A stretch of 64,000 nucleotides of DNA from Candidatus Fervidifonticultor sextus (GCA_031459875.1 JAVKHQ010000001.1:64001-128000), one strand, 5' to 3'. Positions 28,250 to 38,106 are shown, numbered from the stretch's first letter. Notes: generated by a model not told the origin, from the sequence alone. Translations and numbers: made by a program.

Positions 28250-28325
28250 CGTCTGTCACCACACCGGTACGATGCCTGCACCATTCGGTGCGGGGGTGCA
28301 GAGCCCTGCTCTGGCCCCGACAGGA

Positions 28326-31300
28326 CTACGCCCCGACCAGATCCGCCAGGATCGCCGAGGGGCGGCCCTCAGCCCAGGCCCGCAGATCCTCCCACGCGGC
28401 CCTCGCCCGCCGGCCTTCGCGGTACCGGAGCGAGCGCTCCAAGTCTGCCCGCTTGGCCGGATCCGCCAGCGCGTAGCGCACCCCGGCGCCTTCATCGCCC
28501 TCGGAGGTGATCAGTCCGGCCTCCAGGAACACCTCCACCGCCGAAGCCAGCGTCCCGGCGTCAAGACCCGCCTCCGAGACGCAGGGAGGCGGCCCGTCGA
28601 GCCAGGTCCAGGAGCCGTCCTGGGCGATCCCTCTGAGGTGATGGTAGCACCGGACGAGGGCCTCGCGCGATGGGTGGAGCGCGTCCAGGGCGGCCTGGAC
28701 GGCATCCAGCGCTGCCGGGCCGTAGGCGAGTTCGACAACCGTCCCCTGACCGCTCGCGGTGGCCGCCCCCAGGCTGTCTGCGGCCAGGAGCCGGGAGGGC
28801 GGCAGGCCGGTGGCCACGACCCGTGAGACGTCACGAGGCAGGGCGGGGTGCACGAAGAGCGACCCGGCCACGATCGCCACCAGCGCTCCAGCCGCGTAGA
28901 GATCCTCCAGCACCCGACGCAGGACTGCTGGCAGGCCGTCGTGGTAGTAGGCGATGCGGTCGGCCGCATCTGGGGACAGGGCGCGCAGCCTGCCGGCTTC
29001 CTCCACCGCCGCACCGGCGCCGGACGTCACCATCAGAACCGTCTCACCGCGTCCGCCGGCCCGCGCCAGGTGAACGGGCTCCCCCCGGCCGCGGCGATCG
29101 ACGATCCGCAGGTCCGTGCGCAGCGGAGGGCTGCCGATCACGCCATCCATGCCCAGCAGCGACGCGGCGCCGCGGAGACGGGGTTCCGAGACGGGTCCGG
29201 CCAGGAACCTGACCCGGTCCCCGAACGCTTGGCGCAACCGATCCAGGTCTTCCTCGCCGGTGAGCCAGTCCATCACGGCGACGAGACTTTCGGGAAAGAG
29301 GCCGCCGGCGCACAGCCGCTCGACCGACGCGAAGATCACGTCGATCTCCCGACGCTGCGTGCGGTTGAGGATCCGCGCGGCCGCTGGCACCGGGAGGGCG
29401 CCGTGGAGCAGTGCTGGCCGCAGGCCGAGCCCGCAAAGCCAGGGACTTGCGAGGCCGTACCACGCTTCCACCTCGGCCGCCCGGGGGAGCACGACCGCCA
29501 CCGGCCCCTCCCCCCGCGCGCTCAGCCCGACGGCGGCCGCCGCACAGGCGACCACCAGCCCTCGACCGGGCCCCAGCCTCACCGCGGCCCGGCCGCCGGC
29601 GAGGAGGACGTCCAGGGCCTCCCGCTGGGCAGGGGAGAACGGGCGGCCCCGGAGCCACCGTGCGGTGAGCACCGAGGCGACGTCGGGCGGCGCCGGCCGG
29701 ATGCGCCAGCCGGCCCCTCCTTCTCCCTCGCTTTGCGGCTCCTCGCGCTCGATGAGGATGTTCAGCCCCCATGCGTGGTCGCCGCCGCCGGTGAGTCCCA
29801 CCGCGGTGGCGACGTACCGGCCGCCCGCGTCCATCGCCGGAGCCAGCCGCGCCGCCAGCGGGGCGCGGAGGAATCCCAGCTGCCCACCGTCGCGGCGACA
29901 GACCCTGACGGCGTGGGGATCATGCGGGTTGGTCGGATCACGGACCAGGCGGAGACGTTCGCCCGGCTGCACCCGGGGGAGGATCGCCTGGCGCCCCTCG
30001 AAGGTCACGCCCACCACCTTCGTGTGGAACGCCGGTGACCACTCGACCTCAAGGCGGGACCGATCCAGGTAGTCCCCCGCGCGGGCAAACAGCCGGTCCA
30101 GAACGGTCCTGGTGTCGGCGGCGACGGCCTGGAGATCCACCTCAGGGGTCCAGAGGTGCTCGATGACCAGCCGGACGCCCTCCCCATCGCGCCACCGGTC
30201 CCTCTCCACGGTGTAGGCGATATCTACCCGTGCCTGGGTGAACGCCAGCAACTCGGCGCGATCGCCCTGCCGGAAGGCAATCGCCTCCGCCGTCCGCGCG
30301 CCGTCGCTTAGGACGAGCCGGAGGTGTTCGCCGCCTCCGACCAGGCGCGTCTCCACTGCGCGCAGGCCCCTGGTCAGGAACATCGGCGGCGGGTTCCCCG
30401 CGCCGAAGGGCGCCAGGCGCTCGATCTGCGCGGCCAGGTCCACCGAGAGAGCCTCCAGGCCGAGCTCGGCGTCGAGATCGGCCGTCGGGATGAAATCGTC
30501 GGGGCCCAGCCGGCTGGCCACGGCCTCCTGGAACGCCGCGGCGAACTGCCCCACGGCGTCCCGGTGGACGGTCAGGCCAGCGGCTGCGGCGTGGCCACCG
30601 AATCCAACCAGGTGCGAGGCGGCCGCGGCCAGGGCCTCCACCAGGTGCAGCGGCGGGATGCTGCGCGCAGACCCCTTGCCTGTCTTCCCGCGCAGGGCGA
30701 TGACGACGGAGGGGCGCGTGTAGCGCTCGACGAGGTGCGACGCCACGATGCCGACGACCCCGGGATGCCAGCCCTCGCTGGCCAGCACGATCGCCGGTTG
30801 ATCGGCCAGCCGGTCGCGCTCGATGCGATCCACGGCCTCCGCCAGCACCTGATCGCACAGCCGCCGCCGCTCCTGGTTGAGGCGGTCCAGCAGGACCGCA
30901 AGCTCGCGGCACTCCTCGGGATCGTCGCTGGTCAGCAGGCGGACCGCGGAGGAGGCGTGGGCCAGCCGGCCGGCGGCATTGAGGCGCGGAGCCAGCACGT
31001 GGGAGAGATCGCGCACGCCCAGCGGCGGTTGGACTCCGGCCACCTCGAGGAGGGCCCTCAGCCCGGGAGTGGCGGGAGCGGCCAGGCGGCGCAGGCCCTC
31101 GGCGACGATCCGGCGGTTGTCTTCCAGCAGCGGGACGGCGTCAGCCACGGTGCCCAACGCCGCCAGCGCGATCAGGTCCAGCCCGGCGTCATCGAGCGCG
31201 AGCCGGGCGAGCAGACCCCGGCATGCCTGGTAGGCCAGCCCGGCGGCGCAGTAGTCGGTGGCGGTGCCGTCGACCCTGGGATTGACCAGGACGGCCGCGG

Positions 31301-31826
31301 CCGGGAGCGGTCCTGTCGGCAGATGGTGGTCGAGGATGACGAGGTCGAGGCCCGCCTGGGCCGCTGCTTCAGCCGCCGCGGCGGCGCCGGTCCCGCAATC
31401 CACCGCCACGATCAGGCCGGCGCCTCCGGCGGCCAGGCGCTCCACCACCGACGCATGCAACCCGTAGCCCTCGGTCTGGCGGTCCGGGACGTAGAAGTCG
31501 ACCCGGGCCCGGGCGCGCCGGAGGACGCGGACCAGCAACGCGGTGGCGGTCACCCCGTCGGCGTCGTAGTCCCCGTAGATGACAATGGGCGCCTCAGCGC
31601 GGACGGCATCGAACAGGCAGCGCACCGCCCGCTCCATCCGGGCCACCGCGAAGGGGGAGTCCAGGTCCTCCGGCCGCGGATCGAGGAATGCGCGCGCCCG
31701 CGCCGGGTCGCGGACCCCGCGGCGGATGAGCACCCCGGCGATCAGCGGGGAGCACCCCAGCGCCGCGGCCAGGCGGCCGCTCTCTTCAAAATGTTCGGGG
31801 TGCAGGCGCCAGCGCGGAGCGGTCAC
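28326..31826 (-). CDS. recJ: RecJ ssDNA exonuclease fused to HIRAN and a degenerate SF2 helicase-like region
   Basis: YGDYDADG, VDCG, DHH, PRLNAAGRL, GGH; then TKVVGVTF..RDPTNPHDPHAV (HIRAN). Confidence 0.92.
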   Translation of the reverse strand: MTAPRWRLHPEHFEESGRLAAALGCSPLIAGVLIRRGVRDPARARAFLDPRPEDLDSPFAVARMERAVRCLFDAVRAEAPIVIYGDYDADGVTATALLVRVLRRARARVDFYVPDRQTEGYGLHASVVERLAAGGAGLIVAVDCGTGAAAAAEAAAQAGLDLVILDHHLPTGPLPAAAVLVNPRVDGTATDYCAAGLAYQACRGLLARLALDDAGLDLIALAALGTVADAVPLLEDNRRIVAEGLRRLAAPATPGLRALLEVAGVQPPLGVRDLSHVLAPRLNAAGRLAHASSAVRLLTSDDPEECRELAVLLDRLNQERRRLCDQVLAEAVDRIERDRLADQPAIVLASEGWHPGVVGIVASHLVERYTRPSVVIALRGKTGKGSARSIPPLHLVEALAAAASHLVGFGGHAAAAGLTVHRDAVGQFAAAFQEAVASRLGPDDFIPTADLDAELGLEALSVDLAAQIERLAPFGAGNPPPMFLTRGLRAVETRLVGGGEHLRLVLSDGARTAEAIAFRQGDRAELLAFTQARVDIAYTVERDRWRDGEGVRLVIEHLWTPEVDLQAVAADTRTVLDRLFARAGDYLDRSRLEVEWSPAFHTKVVGVTFEGRQAILPRVQPGERLRLVRDPTNPHDPHAVRVCRRDGGQLGFLRAPLAARLAPAMDAGGRYVATAVGLTGGGDHAWGLNILIEREEPQSEGEGGAGWRIRPAPPDVASVLTARWLRGRPFSPAQREALDVLLAGGRAAVRLGPGRGLVVACAAAAVGLSARGEGPVAVVLPRAAEVEAWYGLASPWLCGLGLRPALLHGALPVPAAARILNRTQRREIDVIFASVERLCAGGLFPESLVAVMDWLTGEEDLDRLRQAFGDRVRFLAGPVSEPRLRGAASLLGMDGVIGSPPLRTDLRIVDRRGRGEPVHLARAGGRGETVLMVTSGAGAAVEEAGRLRALSPDAADRIAYYHDGLPAVLRRVLEDLYAAGALVAIVAGSLFVHPALPRDVSRVVATGLPPSRLLAADSLGAATASGQGTVVELAYGPAALDAVQAALDALHPSREALVRCYHHLRGIAQDGSWTWLDGPPPCVSEAGLDAGTLASAVEVFLEAGLITSEGDEGAGVRYALADPAKRADLERSLRYREGRRARAAWEDLRAWAEGRPSAILADLVGA

Positions 31827-31835
31827 CGCCGAGCG

Positions 31836-32120
31836 CTACGGCGTCCGGTCAGGCCCCGGGGGGAGATCCTGGGCCCGCGCCTCCAGTGCCCGCAGCCGGG
31901 CCTGGGTCTCCCGCAGCCGCGCGCGCAGGTGCCGCTGGCCGAGCGCGCTGCTGACGAACACCAACAGGCCCCCGATCACTGCCGCGCCCAACACGGCCAG
32001 CGCCACGGTCGTCTCGAACTGCCAGACGAGGAAGCGGAGGGTCACCGCCCCTGGGTTGCCCAGCGCGAACGCGGTGGCGGCCGCCAGCAGGAGCAGGACG
32101 AACAGGGCAAACGGCGTCAT
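31836..32120 (-). CDS. LapA-family membrane protein
   Basis: FALGN..V.LRFL.W, two TM helices and a coiled coil; secF-lapA-recJ order. Confidence 0.82.
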   Translation of the reverse strand: MTPFALFVLLLLAAATAFALGNPGAVTLRFLVWQFETTVALAVLGAAVIGGLLVFVSSALGQRHLRARLRETQARLRALEARAQDLPPGPDRTP

Positions 32121-32125
32121 GGGTG

Positions 32126-33127
32126 CTAGCGCCGGCGGGACCGTCGCCGCCTGGCCCCGGTCGCCGGCGAGGCGAGCGCCGGGTCCCCGGCGGGCGCGAC
32201 GGTGGGGACCCGCTCCTCGAGCTGCGGGGCGCGGGTCCGCCCGGCCCGCCGCTGGGCCCACAGGTGCCAGTCCACGAGGAGCGCGCTGGCGTTGAAGACC
32301 GAGGAGTACGCGCCGACGGCGATCCCCACGATCAGTCCGAAGGCGAAGTCGCGGATCGTGGACCCGCCAAAGAAGTACACGGCAGCGAGGGCCAGCACCG
32401 TGGTGAGCACGGTATTGATGGACCGCACCAACGCCTCCAGGAGGCTGCGGTTGACCAGCCGGTCGAAGGCTTCCCGGGTCCGCAACGCCAGGTTCTCGCG
32501 GATGCGATCGAAGACCACGATGGTGTCGTTGATCGAATAGCCGACCACGGTGAGCAGCACGGCGACGAACGAACTGTTGACCTCCTTGCGGGTCAGCGCG
32601 AAGATGCCCACCACGATCAGCAGGTCGTGGAGCAGGGCGGCGTCCGCGGTCAGGGCATAGCGGACGGACTTGAACCGAAACGAGATGTACAGCACCTGAA
32701 GGGCCAGGCCCACCACGACCCCGAGGATGGCCACGTTGCGGAGTTCGCGGCCGATCTTGGGGCCCACCTCGTCCTCGCGGAGGACCGTGACCTGACCGAA
32801 TTGCTGCCGCAGCGCCGCCAGCAGCCCGGCCTTGGCCTGGGCGCCCAGCGGGCGGGTCCGGATGAACACCTCCTGCTCCGCCTTCTGGATGATGCTCTGC
32901 CCTGTCGCGAAGCGGTCCACCACCGCCCGCACCTGTCCGATGGTAAACGGCCGTTCAAGCCTCAGCTGGAAGTAGTTTCCGCCCGTGAAGTCCACGCCCC
33001 AGTTCAGCGCGCCCTGGCCGGAGGCGATGTTGGCGATCAGGGCGACCAGGCCGGGGATGATCAGAAGCAGCGAGAAGGCGTAGCCCCACCGGCGCTTGCC
33101 GATGATGTCCCACATGGCGGGGGTCAT
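32126..33127 (-). CDS. secF: Protein translocase subunit SecF
   Basis: GVDFTGG, VGP.IG.EL, LLHD, GYSINDTIVVFDRIREN, RSINT; ATGA overlap with secD. Confidence 0.96.
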   Translation of the reverse strand: MTPAMWDIIGKRRWGYAFSLLLIIPGLVALIANIASGQGALNWGVDFTGGNYFQLRLERPFTIGQVRAVVDRFATGQSIIQKAEQEVFIRTRPLGAQAKAGLLAALRQQFGQVTVLREDEVGPKIGRELRNVAILGVVVGLALQVLYISFRFKSVRYALTADAALLHDLLIVVGIFALTRKEVNSSFVAVLLTVVGYSINDTIVVFDRIRENLALRTREAFDRLVNRSLLEALVRSINTVLTTVLALAAVYFFGGSTIRDFAFGLIVGIAVGAYSSVFNASALLVDWHLWAQRRAGRTRAPQLEERVPTVAPAGDPALASPATGARRRRSRRR

Positions 33128-34509
33128 CGGGCTGGCCTCCCGGCGACCCGCGCCAGCAGCGGTCCCAGCCCGGCGGCGGCCGCCGCGTCCACGAAGGCCC
33201 GCGTGACCACAATGGCCGTGAACATGCTGACCAGCACCCCCAGGCTGAGGGTCACCGCAAAGCCCCGGACCGGCCCGGTGCCCAGCAGGAAGAGCACGAC
33301 AGCGGCGATCAGCGTGGTCGCGTTCGAGTCCAGGATCGTGGTCATCGCGCGGTTCCACCCCGCGCCGACGGCCGTGCGCAGCGCCTTGCCCGCGCGCAGT
33401 TCTTCCTTGACCTTCTCGAAGATGATGACGTTGGCGTCGACCGCCATGCCGATGGAGAGCACGATACCGGCCAGGCCCGGCAGGGTCAGCGTCGCCCGGA
33501 GGCCGACCAGCAGCGCGGCCAGGATGGCCAGGTAGAAAATCAGGGCCAGGTCCGCCAGCACCCCCGGCATCCCGTAGTACAGCACCATGAAGAGGACGAC
33601 AGCCGCAATCGCGACCCAGGACGCCCGCACGCTGGCGTCGATGGAGTCGCGCCCCAGTTGCGGGCCGACGGTCCGGTTCTCCACCACCTCAACCGGGACC
33701 GGCAGCGCGCCGCCACGCAGCAGAACGGCCAGGTCGCGCGCCTCCTCGATGGTCTCGAACCCGCCGGAGATCACGCCGGTCCCGCCCGGGATCCGCGTGC
33801 GGATCACCGGCGAGGTGATCACCTGGCCGTCGAGGGTAATGGTCAGGTACTTGCCGACGTTGGCGGCGGTGTAGTCTTCGAACTTCTTGGCGGCCTGGCT
33901 GCGGAACCTGAAGCTCACCACCGGCGCCCCCGGTTCCGCAGGGTCCTGGCTGTACTCGGCCTGGGCGTGTTCCAGATCGGCGCCGGTCAGGATGACCTTC
34001 TTCTCCAGCGCCAGCGTGCGCGGCTGGTCGGGCTGGCCCGGGGCGGGGGGAGTTGCCGCGGGGAGGATCACCGTCTTGCCGTCCTCGCTCCATCGCGCGC
34101 CCCTGGGCAGCGACTGCGTACCCGTGTCGATGAACTCCAGCAGGGCGGTCTTGCCGATCAATTCAACGGCGCGCTGGGGGTCCTGGATGCCGGGCAACTC
34201 GACCACGATGCGGGTCTGCCCCTGCCGCTGGATCGTCGGCTCCACCACCCCCAGCTGATCGATGCGCCGCTCGATGACGCGCATGGCGGCGTCCACGGCT
34301 TCGGGGGTCGCCTTGACCGTGGGGGAGTCACGGGCCTCCAGCACCAGGAGGCTGCCGCCCTGGAGGTCCAGCCCCAGGACCCAGCCCGCCTTGGGCGCCT
34401 GAAAGGTCGGGATGGGTCCCACGAGCGCGACCGGACGGAATGCGACCTGAACCGCCGCAAGGAAGGTGATGAAGATGCCGACCAACCGGACTCCGAGCCG
34501 TGAACCCAC
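33124..34509 (-). CDS. secD: Protein translocase subunit SecD
   Basis: LGLDLQGG, RID.LGV.EP, LRGGALP, LTLPGLAG..L.IGMAVDANV.IFE. Confidence 0.96.
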   Translation of the reverse strand: MGSRLGVRLVGIFITFLAAVQVAFRPVALVGPIPTFQAPKAGWVLGLDLQGGSLLVLEARDSPTVKATPEAVDAAMRVIERRIDQLGVVEPTIQRQGQTRIVVELPGIQDPQRAVELIGKTALLEFIDTGTQSLPRGARWSEDGKTVILPAATPPAPGQPDQPRTLALEKKVILTGADLEHAQAEYSQDPAEPGAPVVSFRFRSQAAKKFEDYTAANVGKYLTITLDGQVITSPVIRTRIPGGTGVISGGFETIEEARDLAVLLRGGALPVPVEVVENRTVGPQLGRDSIDASVRASWVAIAAVVLFMVLYYGMPGVLADLALIFYLAILAALLVGLRATLTLPGLAGIVLSIGMAVDANVIIFEKVKEELRAGKALRTAVGAGWNRAMTTILDSNATTLIAAVVLFLLGTGPVRGFAVTLSLGVLVSMFTAIVVTRAFVDAAAAAGLGPLLARVAGRPAR

Positions 34510-34568
34510 TCGTCTTCCCCTTCCCTGTAGCCGCTGCGGACGCAAAAAAAGAGGGCCGAGCCCGGTTC

Positions 34569-34598
34569 ATTATAGGCTGTGCCACTGACCCATGGCAA
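34569..34598 (-). promoter_or_regulatory. sigma70 promoter of secDF-lapA-recJ
   Basis: TTGCCA-18 nt-TATAAT. Confidence 0.65.
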
Positions 34599-34663
34599 GG
34601 CAGGGAGCCAGCGGCCGCGCGCGAACCCGTGTCCCTGTGAGTCTGTTCGAGAGGGACGCCAGC

Positions 34664-35590
34664 GTGGTGTCGGCGGTGCCGCTGCGCGTGGACGGGTGTG
34701 AGGTCCTGGTCGGCACCTGCTCGTGGGCCGACCGCGGGGTCATCGCCAGCGACTTCTATCCCCGCGGGGCCAAGACGGACCCGAAGGCGCGGCTCCAGTT
34801 CTACGCCGGTGTCTTCCCCACGGTCGAAGTGGACGCCAGCTTCCACGCCCTGCAGCCTGCAGACCGCGCCCGGCAGTGGCTGGAGTGGACGACGCCGACC
34901 TTCCGGTTCAGCGTGAAAGCCTTCGCCTGGCTGACCGGGCACGAGAGCGATCCCAGGCGCCTGCCGCCCCAGATCGCCGCGCTGCTGCCGGCCGCCCTGC
35001 GGGATGCCGGGCCGGTCCGCGCGGCCCGCGTGCCGGAGGAGGCCGTGGCGGCGGCCTGGGACCACTTCGCGGCCTTCGTGGAGGTCTTCGCGCGCGCCGG
35101 CCGGCTGGGCTACGTCCTCTTCCAGTTCCCCAAGGGTCAGGGATTCTCGCACGAGCTGTTCGCGTACCTGGATGCGTGGATGCCGTACCTGCGGGCCTGG
35201 CCGGTGGCCGTCGAGATCAGGCACAGGACGTGGCTGTCCCGCCGGCACCGGGAGACGTTCCTGGGCTACCTGCGCGCCCACGGCCTCGCCTACGTCGTGC
35301 CCGACATGGCCCAGGTGCAGTACCTGCCGCCACCCGAGGTGGCCGTCACGACCCGTTGGTCGGTCATCCGGTTCCACGGCCGCAACCCTGCGCTGGCCCA
35401 GCGGCGCGTCTCCACCGACGTGGCGTACGACTACCTGTACTCTCGGGATGAACTGCAGACATGGGCCAGGACGGCCCGCAGGCTCGCCCGCGAAGTGGAC
35501 GCGCTGTACCTGATGTTCAACAACCACGCGCGCGGCCAGGCGGCGCGCAACGCCCAGGAGATGGTGGGGCTGCTGGCGCAGCCGGACTGA
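34664..35590 (+). CDS. DUF72 (YecE-like) protein
   Basis: VGTCSW, FYP, F.TVEVDASF, FSVKA, LFQFP, VEIRH.TW, RFHGRN, YDYLYS..EL, FNN; GTG 34664 with GAGGGA. Confidence 0.92.
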   Translation: MVSAVPLRVDGCEVLVGTCSWADRGVIASDFYPRGAKTDPKARLQFYAGVFPTVEVDASFHALQPADRARQWLEWTTPTFRFSVKAFAWLTGHESDPRRLPPQIAALLPAALRDAGPVRAARVPEEAVAAAWDHFAAFVEVFARAGRLGYVLFQFPKGQGFSHELFAYLDAWMPYLRAWPVAVEIRHRTWLSRRHRETFLGYLRAHGLAYVVPDMAQVQYLPPPEVAVTTRWSVIRFHGRNPALAQRRVSTDVAYDYLYSRDELQTWARTARRLAREVDALYLMFNNHARGQAARNAQEMVGLLAQPD

Positions 35591-37805
35591 GCCTGGCCGC
35601 CACCTCCTCGGCCAGGCGCGGCGCAGGATACCCCAGCGGCCCCAGCAGTGTCTCGGTGGCCCGGATCAACAGGTCCGTGTAATACCCGACGTCGTAGGAC
35701 CAGTCGGGGCCCAGCAAGCCCAGGGGCCGGACGCGGTCCTCGGGCAGACGCGCCCCGGCATCGGTGATGAGGTACTGGATCCGCTCCCCGGGATGCAGGC
35801 GCACGCCGGCGCGGGCCATCTGGCGCGCCGCAACGGCTGCCGCGGCGTGGTGCCGGTAGGCCTCGGGCGTGCGCGAGATCGTCGTGGCCATCGCCAGATC
35901 CGTCGCCCTGACCTCGCCGCCTCTCAACCGGACCACGGCCCCGGTCAGGAGGTCGAGCACCCGGGGGATCGCCGCGCGCACCTCGGCCAGGGTGCTGGCT
36001 TCAAAGAGGACCTCCAGCATCCGGGCCTGGGTGTGGGCGACGAGCGGCGGCAGGTCGGCGCGCCGGACTTCGATGCCGCGGACCTTCGTCCTCCCGTCGT
36101 CGAAACGGCCCAGATACCGGTTGGGCACGCCCAGGCCGGGGTGCGTGCGCGACGGCAGGAAGGCGATCCAGTCGTAGACACCCTCGACGAAGATCGGGAG
36201 GCCGGTGGCGCGCTCGATGGCCCCGGCCAGGGCATCGTAGTCGGCCTTCGTGGCGCCGGGCCGGTGCAGCCACATGGAGTCCACCAGCGCGTGGAGCATC
36301 CGGTAGCCCTGCGCCTCAGCCAGGTCCTTGGCGCGCAAGAGCATCTCGCGGGAGAAGGCGGTGGTCGCCTCGTGGGCCTCGATGCGACCGAAGCGGGCAT
36401 TCCGATAGCCAAGGTATCCAAATGCACACACCAGGCACCACTTCAACGCCGTCTGCCGCTGCTGGTAGAGCGCCCGGATCTCCCCCGCCGTCTCCTGCTG
36501 CCGCCGCTTGTAGTACGCCCGCCGCTCCAGCAACGGCTCCAGCACCTCCGGCACCAGCCCCTTGCGCCGCTGGCAGAGCCGCGCGCCGGTCTCGGGCACG
36601 CGCGGCGCGTCGGGACAGCAGGCACAGTTGATGGTCTCGGGCGAGACGTTGAACCGCGCCATGATGGTGGGATACATCGAGGAGAAGTCGAGTTCGCCGA
36701 CGCCCTCGAAGACCCCCACGACCGGCTGGTAGACGAGCCCGCCCTTGTCGGTGATCAGCAGCGCTTCGGCCGACTTGAACGCCTCGGGTTCGCTCTTGTG
36801 GTGCGGGATCAGGATGCCGCGCCGGATCGCCCGGTGCAATTGCATGGCGCTGATGGCGGTGCCGATGGAGGTCCGAGCCAGGTACTGGACCGGCAACCGG
36901 CCCAGCCGCGCAATCTCCACGAGCCCCGTCAGTTCGGTTTCGGCGTAGATGAACGAGTTGCGCAGGTCCAGGTGCCAGCGGCCGTGCAGCATCTGGGCAC
37001 CGGCCGAATAGACCGTCTGGCCGTAGGTCAGATACGAGCGCGCGCGCCGGGTGCGAATGCCCTGATGCGATTCGCGGTTCCACTTTAGCGGTATCCCGAC
37101 CTGCCGGGCGAGCCGCCGCAGCCGCGGCACCAGGAAACTGTCGCCCCACTCGGTGAGGATGACGTCGGGGTCGTAGCGGGCGATCAGGCGGTTGAGGCTT
37201 GCGACCAGGTCTTCGGGGCGCTCGCTGCAGAGCACCACCGTCTCGCCGTCCACCGAGGCCTCGAGTTCCGTGCGCCGGGTGTGGGCGGGGTCGATCGGGT
37301 CGCCGTCCAGGCGCAGGCGGAGCGTGGTCAGCGGCGGGAGCGCGTACTCGACGTCCTCAGGGGCGTCCAGCGGCTGGAAGGCCTCCGGGGCGACGACGCG
37401 GCGTTCGTCCTCCACCCGGTAGCGCCCCAGCGGGAAGAGGCCCGTCTGCACGAAGAACACCTGGGGGACGCTGAGATCGCAGGTGAAGAGCGCGATGCGG
37501 GGCAGACGCGCCGCGGCCCGCACCGCCGCCGGGTGGGCGCACGGCCGGCGGATTGCGACCTGCAGCACCGGCACGTCCGCCCCCGAGAGCAGGTCGGTCC
37601 GGACCGCCATCGCGGTCGTTGCCTCGATGCCCGAGGCCGCCAGCAGTGCCGGCAGGCGCTCCAGCGCGGCTGGCGGTCCGGCGGCATAGAAGACCGGGGC
37701 AAACGCCACCGTCAGGCGGTACGGCCGACCGTCTGATCCGACCAGCCAGACCACCATCCCGTCTTCGGCGGGGTAGGCGTCGAACAGCCAGCCGGTAAGG
37801 GCCAT
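35517..37805 (-). CDS. Family B DNA polymerase, archaeal PolB2/Dpo2-like
   Basis: Motif A LDFSSMYP, motif B RQTALKWCLVCAFGY, variant motif C HALVDS, K.RGIE.RR; degenerate exonuclease motifs; NCACC insertion. Confidence 0.9.
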   Translation of the reverse strand: MALTGWLFDAYPAEDGMVVWLVGSDGRPYRLTVAFAPVFYAAGPPAALERLPALLAASGIEATTAMAVRTDLLSGADVPVLQVAIRRPCAHPAAVRAAARLPRIALFTCDLSVPQVFFVQTGLFPLGRYRVEDERRVVAPEAFQPLDAPEDVEYALPPLTTLRLRLDGDPIDPAHTRRTELEASVDGETVVLCSERPEDLVASLNRLIARYDPDVILTEWGDSFLVPRLRRLARQVGIPLKWNRESHQGIRTRRARSYLTYGQTVYSAGAQMLHGRWHLDLRNSFIYAETELTGLVEIARLGRLPVQYLARTSIGTAISAMQLHRAIRRGILIPHHKSEPEAFKSAEALLITDKGGLVYQPVVGVFEGVGELDFSSMYPTIMARFNVSPETINCACCPDAPRVPETGARLCQRRKGLVPEVLEPLLERRAYYKRRQQETAGEIRALYQQRQTALKWCLVCAFGYLGYRNARFGRIEAHEATTAFSREMLLRAKDLAEAQGYRMLHALVDSMWLHRPGATKADYDALAGAIERATGLPIFVEGVYDWIAFLPSRTHPGLGVPNRYLGRFDDGRTKVRGIEVRRADLPPLVAHTQARMLEVLFEASTLAEVRAAIPRVLDLLTGAVVRLRGGEVRATDLAMATTISRTPEAYRHHAAAAVAARQMARAGVRLHPGERIQYLITDAGARLPEDRVRPLGLLGPDWSYDVGYYTDLLIRATETLLGPLGYPAPRLAEEVAARLSPAAPAAPPSPGRCAPPGRARGC

Positions 37806-37806
37806 C

Positions 37807-38106
37807 TCATTCCGCCGTCCCGTCGGCGCGACCCGGCACACCGGGCGCGCGGCTGCCCTCGAGTACCTCCACCCGTGCACGCAGCGCGTCCACCTGTTTG
37901 GCCATCTCCAGCAGCATCGCGACCAGGATCACCTCGAACGGCACCGGCCGGGACAGGTAGGCCGCGGGGGCAGTGTGGTGCCGCGCGGCGGCAAAGAGCC
38001 GGTCGAAGATCGTCCGGTCTTCCTTGCGCAGCGCGCGGCGGAAGGGTGCGAAGTTCGCCTCTTCCTGGGCGACGATCTGTGTCATCGTGGGGACCGTGCG
38101 GCCCAT
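37807..38106 (-). CDS. Small helical PolB2-associated protein
   Basis: MGRTVPT...FRRALRKEDR.IFDRLF; TGATG overlap with the upstream gene and 1 nt gap before polB. Confidence 0.82.
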   Translation of the reverse strand: MGRTVPTMTQIVAQEEANFAPFRRALRKEDRTIFDRLFAAARHHTAPAAYLSRPVPFEVILVAMLLEMAKQVDALRARVEVLEGSRAPGVPGRADGTAE

